This document shows positions 33,617-37,790 of a stretch of 37,790 bases of DNA, one piece after another. Source of the DNA: Abditibacteriaceae bacterium. Lineage in GTDB: Bacteria; Armatimonadota; Abditibacteriia; Abditibacteriales; Abditibacteriaceae. The notes below the pieces were generated by a model. That model was not told the origin of the DNA and searched no databases. It saw only the letters and a program-made list of their open reading frames with translations. Position 1 is the first letter of the stretch; the number at the start of each line of letters is the position of its first letter. The stretch spans positions 1 to 37,790 of the forward strand of contig JANPJS010000318.1 of the NCBI GenBank assembly GCA_031425655.1, read 5' to 3'. The position numbers and the translations under genes are program-made.

Positions 33617-34290
33617 CTGTTCAGGAATTTGCGCGCTATTTCGATCATACGGTTTTGAAGCCGGACGCGACCGCAGAAGACGTGCTTCGACTTTGCAATG
33701 AAGCGCGTCAGTGGAATTTCGCGGCGGCGTGCGTGGCGCCGGGTTGGGTCGCTTTAGCCGCCGATATGCTCAAAGGCAGCGGCGTGGCGGTCGCAAGCGT
33801 TGCGGGATTTCCGCACGGTAACACGCTGAGCGAAGTAAAGGCTTTCGAGACCAGCGGGGCTATCACTGCCGGCGCGACCGAAATTGACATGGTTTTGCCG
33901 ATTGGCTTGGCCAAAAGCGGCGCCTGGCAACAAGTCGAAGCCGATATTCGCGCCGTCGTCGAGGCCGCGCGCCAGAAGCCGGGCATCATCGTCAAAGTGA
34001 TTTTCGAGAACGCGCTGCTGACGGATTCCGAAAAGCAAAAGGCGTGTCTGGTTTCGGAAGCCGCCGGAGCAAGCTTCGTGAAAACCTCGACCGGCTTCGC
34101 GGCATCGGGCGCGACGGTCGAAGACGTGCGTCTGATGCGTCGCGTGGTGGCGAATCGGTTGGGCGTCAAAGCGGCGGGCGGCATCCGCGATTTAGAAACC
34201 GCATTGGCGCTCATCGAAGCTGGCGCCGACCGATTGGGCAGTTCAGCCTCGGTGAAAATCGTCGAAGCTTACGCCGCGCAGAATTCGTAA
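33613..34290 (+). CDS. deoC: Deoxyribose-phosphate aldolase
   Basis: DHTVLKP, GFPHG, EIDMV, KVIFE, FVKTSTGF, VKAAGGIR, RLGSS; ATGA overlap with deoB. Confidence 0.95.
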   Translation: MTVQEFARYFDHTVLKPDATAEDVLRLCNEARQWNFAAACVAPGWVALAADMLKGSGVAVASVAGFPHGNTLSEVKAFETSGAITAGATEIDMVLPIGLAKSGAWQQVEADIRAVVEAARQKPGIIVKVIFENALLTDSEKQKACLVSEAAGASFVKTSTGFAASGATVEDVRLMRRVVANRLGVKAAGGIRDLETALALIEAGADRLGSSASVKIVEAYAAQNS

Positions 34291-34310
34291 ATCGAATTGT
34301 AACTCCGTAG

Positions 34311-34472
34311 GGGCGTATCCAGATTGAACACGGCGGCGCGGCCAATTCGGCGACGGATAACATCGCCAGCGTGATTCAAACCGTTGTCGCCGCGCAGCTT
34401 ATCGGCAAATCCAATTTGCTCGATTCACCGGCAGTGAATGGCATTGTCAGCAGCGATGGCAAGAGTCTTTAA
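34311..34472 (+). pseudogene. Possible orphan 3' gene fragment (..IEHGGAANSATDNIASVIQTVVAAQLIGKSNLLDS..)
   Basis: Stop-to-stop open frame with host-like codons and no start at its 5' end. Confidence 0.35.
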
Positions 34473-34498
34473 TTTGAAGTTAGGACGCTCACAGAGTT

Positions 34499-34607
34499 AA
34501 TAGAACGCGGAGCTTCGCTACGCGGATAAATGCGCAGATTCTCGCTGTTTGACCTAAAACCGTGAAAATCCGTGTCGTTTCCGCGTAGCGAAGCTCCGCG
34601 TTCTATT
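34499..34607. repeat. Family-D palindromic pair with perfect 28-bp arms
   Basis: AATAGAACGCGGAGCTTCGCTACGCGGA (34499-34526) and its exact complement (34580-34607); same family as 28331-28478. Confidence 0.9.
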
Positions 34608-34637
34608 GGAATCACCGATTTTAAAGGAATTGAAGAA

Positions 34638-35645
34638 ATGAAGCGTTGCATTTTGACGGGATTGGGCGGGCGCGGCCTGCACTGGATGAACGCGCTGAAC
34701 CAGCGCGACGACGTGGAAGTGGTGGCGGGCGTCGAGCCGAGCGAAGCGAACCGCGTGCGTGCTGAAAGCAAAGGCATGGCGGCGGACAAGATTTTCGTGT
34801 CGTTGGATGATGCTTTGGCGCACGTCGCAGCCGATTTCGTGCTCGATGTGACGCCGCCGGCTGTGCATCATTTGGTCGCGGAAAAAGCGTTCGCCAAAGG
34901 CTTGCACGTTTTGGGCGAAAAGCCGCTCAGCGATAATTTTGCGACGGCCAAAAGTGTGGCCGAAGCGGGCGCCAAAGCCGGCGTCAAGCACATGATTACG
35001 CAGAATTATCGCTTCGGCGCCCAGCCGCGCACCACGCGCAAGATTCTCGCGGATGGCCTCATCGGCGCGCCGGAGCAGTGCGACGTGCGCTTTTATATGC
35101 CGTGGGCCGACGCGCCCGGCAGTCATTACGTCACCGAGCCGTTCATGCTCATCAACGACATGATGGTGCATCACTTCGATTTGATGCGTTACGTTTTAGG
35201 AGCCGATCCGGTCGCGGTGCAGGCGATTACTTGGAATCATTCGTGGGGTTGGCACAGCGGCGATGCCGCGCACGCTATCGTTTTCGAGTTTCCGAACAAT
35301 TTGTGGGGCACGCACACGTCCTGCGGCTGCGCGGTCGGTTCAAAAACCAGTTGGAATGGCGATTGGCGAATCGAAGGCCCACAAGGCTCGCTTGACTGGG
35401 ACAGCGCCGGGACGTGGCATTCGCATTTGCATCGCACCGAGCAAAAAATAGATCGCCAGCCCGTCGAGCATATCGCCGTGCCGCCGTCCGAGCAGGCGAT
35501 TTTAGACGAATTTTTCGCCGCGATTGACCAAGACCGCGAACCGGAATGCAGTGCGAATGATAACTTGAAGTCGCTGACGATGGTCTTCGCCGCGATTCAG
35601 AGCGCGAAGCAAAAGCGCCGCGTCGAGTTGGCGGAATTGGCGTAA
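34638..35645 (+). CDS. Gfo/Idh/MocA family oxidoreductase
   Basis: GLGGRG, TPP..H, HVLGEKP, QNYRF, DMMVHHFD; AAGGA RBS before ATG 34638. Confidence 0.92.
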   Translation: MKRCILTGLGGRGLHWMNALNQRDDVEVVAGVEPSEANRVRAESKGMAADKIFVSLDDALAHVAADFVLDVTPPAVHHLVAEKAFAKGLHVLGEKPLSDNFATAKSVAEAGAKAGVKHMITQNYRFGAQPRTTRKILADGLIGAPEQCDVRFYMPWADAPGSHYVTEPFMLINDMMVHHFDLMRYVLGADPVAVQAITWNHSWGWHSGDAAHAIVFEFPNNLWGTHTSCGCAVGSKTSWNGDWRIEGPQGSLDWDSAGTWHSHLHRTEQKIDRQPVEHIAVPPSEQAILDEFFAAIDQDREPECSANDNLKSLTMVFAAIQSAKQKRRVELAELA

Positions 35646-35669
35646 TTTTTGTGGTGTGCCAACTAAACG

Positions 35670-35796
35670 ATGACTGCGTTATCCATTGAGGAACGGGTAA
35701 AGATTTTCTACACCCGGTTACGAGAAGCCCCGGCAGCGAGTTCGGCACAGACGCAGCCGAGAAACGGAATTTTACAAAGAGGGAGGTCGGCCATGA
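35670..35796 (+). pseudogene. Internally deleted upstream gene of a coupled two-gene (TA-like) module
   Basis: N-terminus MTALSIEERVKIFYTRLREAPAASSA, then a different frame reads RSRETEFYKEGGRP-TGA; that stop overlaps the next ATG (ATGA at 35793-35796). Confidence 0.5.
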
Positions 35797-36095
35797 AACT
35801 GAAATTGGAAGCTTTGGTTCAGGAGATTAAGCGCATTTTTCCGCTCGCTCGTGTTGATTTCGATTATTTTTCGTCGGGCACAGCTTCAGTTGGCGTGGCG
35901 CTTGAGGGCCGGTTCTTTGTCCTCGATTATTTCCCCAAAGAAGGATTCGGCGTTTCGGAAGTGCTGGATGGCGAAGGTTGGTTGCACGGACATGAGCACA
36001 GCTTTGCAAACCTTGAAGATGCCAAATGTTACTTTGTATCGCTAATTGCAACTGCTGAGAAGGTGCCAGCAGAAAGGCCTCTTGCTGTTGCCTGA
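35793..36095 (+). CDS. 100-aa hypothetical protein (putative partner/antitoxin-like domain)
   Basis: GGAGG RBS before ATG 35793; F..LDYFPKEGFGVS pattern. Confidence 0.7.
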   Translation: MKLKLEALVQEIKRIFPLARVDFDYFSSGTASVGVALEGRFFVLDYFPKEGFGVSEVLDGEGWLHGHEHSFANLEDAKCYFVSLIATAEKVPAERPLAVA

Positions 36096-36103
36096 GAGAA
36101 TTT

Positions 36104-36150
36104 AAAAAGCAAAGCGGGCGCTTCATCACGAAGCGCCCGCTTTGCTTTTT
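36104..36150. terminator. Bidirectional rho-independent terminator
   Basis: AAAAAGCAAAGCGGGCGCTTC-ATCAC-GAAGCGCCCGCTTTGCTTTTT between convergent genes. Confidence 0.9.
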
Positions 36151-36553
36151 AGCCTTGCTGCATGAGTTCTTCGAGTGCGGCGATGATTTCTTTGTCTTTG
36201 ACTTCGCTCAGGCCATAAGCGAACGAGCCTTGCGAGTTGAAAAGTTTCCAGAACCACTCGAAATTGTTTAATTCGATGGTTTTCTTGAGCAGCGTCACTT
36301 TCTTGCCGCCGATCCAGTAAGCGAAATTATGGTTGGAGGATTCCTTAATTTCGTCCGTGATGTAAAAGCCGACTAAGTGATATTGGTCTTGGTTTCCGGC
36401 GCCGTTGATGCCGGTAATCATCCAGACTTGCTGTTCGAGAACAGTTTTCAAGAAGGTCAGGCTTTTATTGGTGAGGAAGCCGGTGCCGTTTTTGGAGGGC
36501 TTCAACTCATATCCCATGCTGTTTTTGTTGTGATAAACGACGAAGTGTTTCAT
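36149..36553 (-). CDS. AT-richer hypothetical protein, possibly a PUA-like (EVE/SRA-type) domain
   Basis: Start MKHFVVYHN at 36553 (alternative 36577); the further upstream ORF extension is translated MITE; HFVVYHN..MG, VWMITG, YHLVG, LN..EWF, QGSFAYG pattern. Confidence 0.7.
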   Translation of the reverse strand: MKHFVVYHNKNSMGYELKPSKNGTGFLTNKSLTFLKTVLEQQVWMITGINGAGNQDQYHLVGFYITDEIKESSNHNFAYWIGGKKVTLLKKTIELNNFEWFWKLFNSQGSFAYGLSEVKDKEIIAALEELMQQG

Positions 36554-36658
36554 GGGAGAAGTTTTTTTTACAGTCATTTGGTTGTTCGACAATCTCGACG
36601 AGGAATGCATTAAGCATAACACGGGGCCGGATTTGACTTCGCCGGGAACCATACACCA

Positions 36659-36879
36659 CAGGGCAATCGCATTAGGAAATTGGGAGGCCAAAGAGAGTGT
36701 CATTCCGAGCGGAGTTTCGAGTCCTGCCCAAAGGGCACCCGGCGAGAAATGCAGTCGAGGAATCTTGCTGTAAGGCACTCTCCTTAAAGATTCCTCGACT
36801 GCGTAAGCTCGTAAAACTCGCTTACTCCGCTCGGAATGACAGCCTTTTGCTGTTCTCAAATCCTAATGCGATTGCCCTG
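36659..36879. mobile_element. MITE with perfect 19-bp ISAs1-like TIRs and 10-bp target duplication CCATACACCA, carrying a family-C pair and mini repeat copy 6 (36723-36741)
   Basis: CAGGGCAATCGCATTAGGA (36659-36677) and TCCTAATGCGATTGCCCTG (36861-36879); CCATACACCA at 36649-36658 and 36880-36889; internal TGTCATTCCGAGCGGAGT..GAGGAATCT pair at 36698-36841. Confidence 0.9.
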
Positions 36880-36946
36880 CCATACACCACAGGGCAATCG
36901 CCACCCGGCGATTCATGGCTGGGTGATATTTCGTCGAAAACTCCGC

Positions 36947-36975
36947 TTGCGTTCTCTCCACATCTGCTTTATAAT
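36947..36975 (+). promoter_or_regulatory. Sigma70-type promoter upstream of rpoB
   Basis: TTGCGT (36947-36952), 17-bp spacer, TATAAT (36970-36975). Confidence 0.7.
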
Positions 36976-37208
36976 AAAACCCTTGTCGGCTCCTGCCGAT
37001 TCCTCACGAACTACGTCCATCGAATTGATGCTGACGCTTTGAATACATCCCGCGACGAACCTTCGTCGCTTCCCTGTCGAAAATCGTAATCTTTTTGCAC
37101 GTCCACTTGTTGAAGCGAAATTAAATGCCGGGCGGAGTCGTTTGGCCGCCGGATTTTGTGTCGTGTGCCGTTTCGGACGTAATTGTCGTTAATCCGAGGA
37201 GAAATTTT

Positions 37209-37790
37209 ATGGCGTTGAGCATCGGCGGAGAGATTCGCCAGAAGCGTGCTGGAAGTCGCAGCCATTGGGACGAGCAATTCACTCGCACCGATAGGCCCAC
37301 GATGGGTTCCGGTCGCTCGATTGAAAAAGCCACGGTCGTGCAATCGGCCACGCAGCGTTCGCATCTGAACCAGTTCGAGGGCATTGACATCCCGAATTTG
37401 GTGGAAATGCAGTTGGAATCGTATCAATGGTTCCTCAACGAGGGCCTCCGCGAGTTATTCGATTCTTTTTCGCCGATCGAAGACTTTACCGGTGCGATGT
37501 CGCTGGAATTTCTCGATTACACCTTGGGCGAACCCAAATTCACCCCGGACGAGTGCCGCGAGCGCGATCTGACCTACGAAATGCCGATGAAGGTCAAGGT
37601 TCGCGTGGTCAACAAAGAAACCGGCGAATTGAAAGAATCCGAAGTCTATCTCGGCGAATTGCCGTGCATGACGCAGCGCGGCACTTTTATTATCAACGGC
37701 GCCGAGCGCGTTGTTGTCGCGCAGCTTTCGCGTTCGCCGGGTGCTTATTACAAAGAAGAAATCGCTTATTCGGGCCGCCGCTTGTTGCAG
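37209..37790 (+). CDS. rpoB: DNA-directed RNA polymerase subunit beta, 5' part (runs off the window)
   Basis: Not in the ORF track; translated by hand from ATG 37209 (GAGGAG RBS): IPNLVEMQLESYQWFL..GLRELF..FSPIED..ECRERDLTY..GTFIINGAERVVVAQLSRSPG. Confidence 0.97.
   Translation, partial: MALSIGGEIRQKRAGSRSHWDEQFTRTDRPTMGSGRSIEKATVVQSATQRSHLNQFEGIDIPNLVEMQLESYQWFLNEGLRELFDSFSPIEDFTGAMSLEFLDYTLGEPKFTPDECRERDLTYEMPMKVKVRVVNKETGELKESEVYLGELPCMTQRGTFIINGAERVVVAQLSRSPGAYYKEEIAYSGRRLLQ

Noticed and set aside
34572..34637. Upstream extension of the oxidoreductase
   Set aside because: Derived from the family-D repeat; RBS and Rossmann motif support ATG 34638
36554..36859. N-terminal extension of the 236-aa minus-strand ORF (CHSERS..EES)
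   Set aside because: Mostly translated MITE/REP sequence
36976..37208. tRNA or known riboswitch in the rpoB leader
   Set aside because: Only isolated hairpins; no cloverleaf or recognisable aptamer consensus
37690..37745. Possible rifampicin-resistance change in the RpoB N-terminal cluster (ERVVVAQL)
   Set aside because: Positions equivalent to E. coli V146 and Q148 are unchanged; the main resistance clusters lie outside the window
1..37790. Autonomous transposase, integrase or prophage explaining the MITEs
   Set aside because: No DDE, HUH/Y1 or recombinase motifs recognised in any ORF; mobilising enzymes must be elsewhere or lost

Overview
GC-rich bacterial chromosomal window. The gene content (two DUF1559/H-X9-DG proteins, a DUF5693-csaB locus, a giant CSLREA/choice-of-anchor-Q surface protein, Terrabacteria-style RpoB) suggests Armatimonadota/Abditibacteriota; this is an inference. 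Left arm (minus strand, 544-9598): a five-gene cluster of secreted propeller+PHP metallohydrolase, a P1B-type ATPase fused to a complete HflK-like SPFH domain, HflC-like, a second HflK-like gene and a membrane-anchored unknown, with no ftsH in the window. This is the best candidate for an undescribed system. Middle: large surface protein, HAD/PhyH/DUF6941/anmK cluster, CBM-interrupted clan GH-A glycosidase, DUF1559 pair, gluconolactonase, YceI-FKBP fusion, DUF5693/REC-GGDEF/csaB/histidine phosphatase/SurA-like genes, deoB-deoC and an oxidoreductase. Right end: a decayed two-gene TA-like module, an AT-richer orphan, and the start of rpoB with its own sigma70-type promoter. Intergenic DNA is a nested system of small mobile elements: MITE shells with three types of IS-like ends carry interchangeable palindromic (REP-like) cargo, which is itself interrupted six times by the 19-bp motif CGGGYGCCCTYTGGGCAGG. 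I saw no tRNA, rRNA, CRISPR array or transposase. All family calls are by motif recognition, with no database search.
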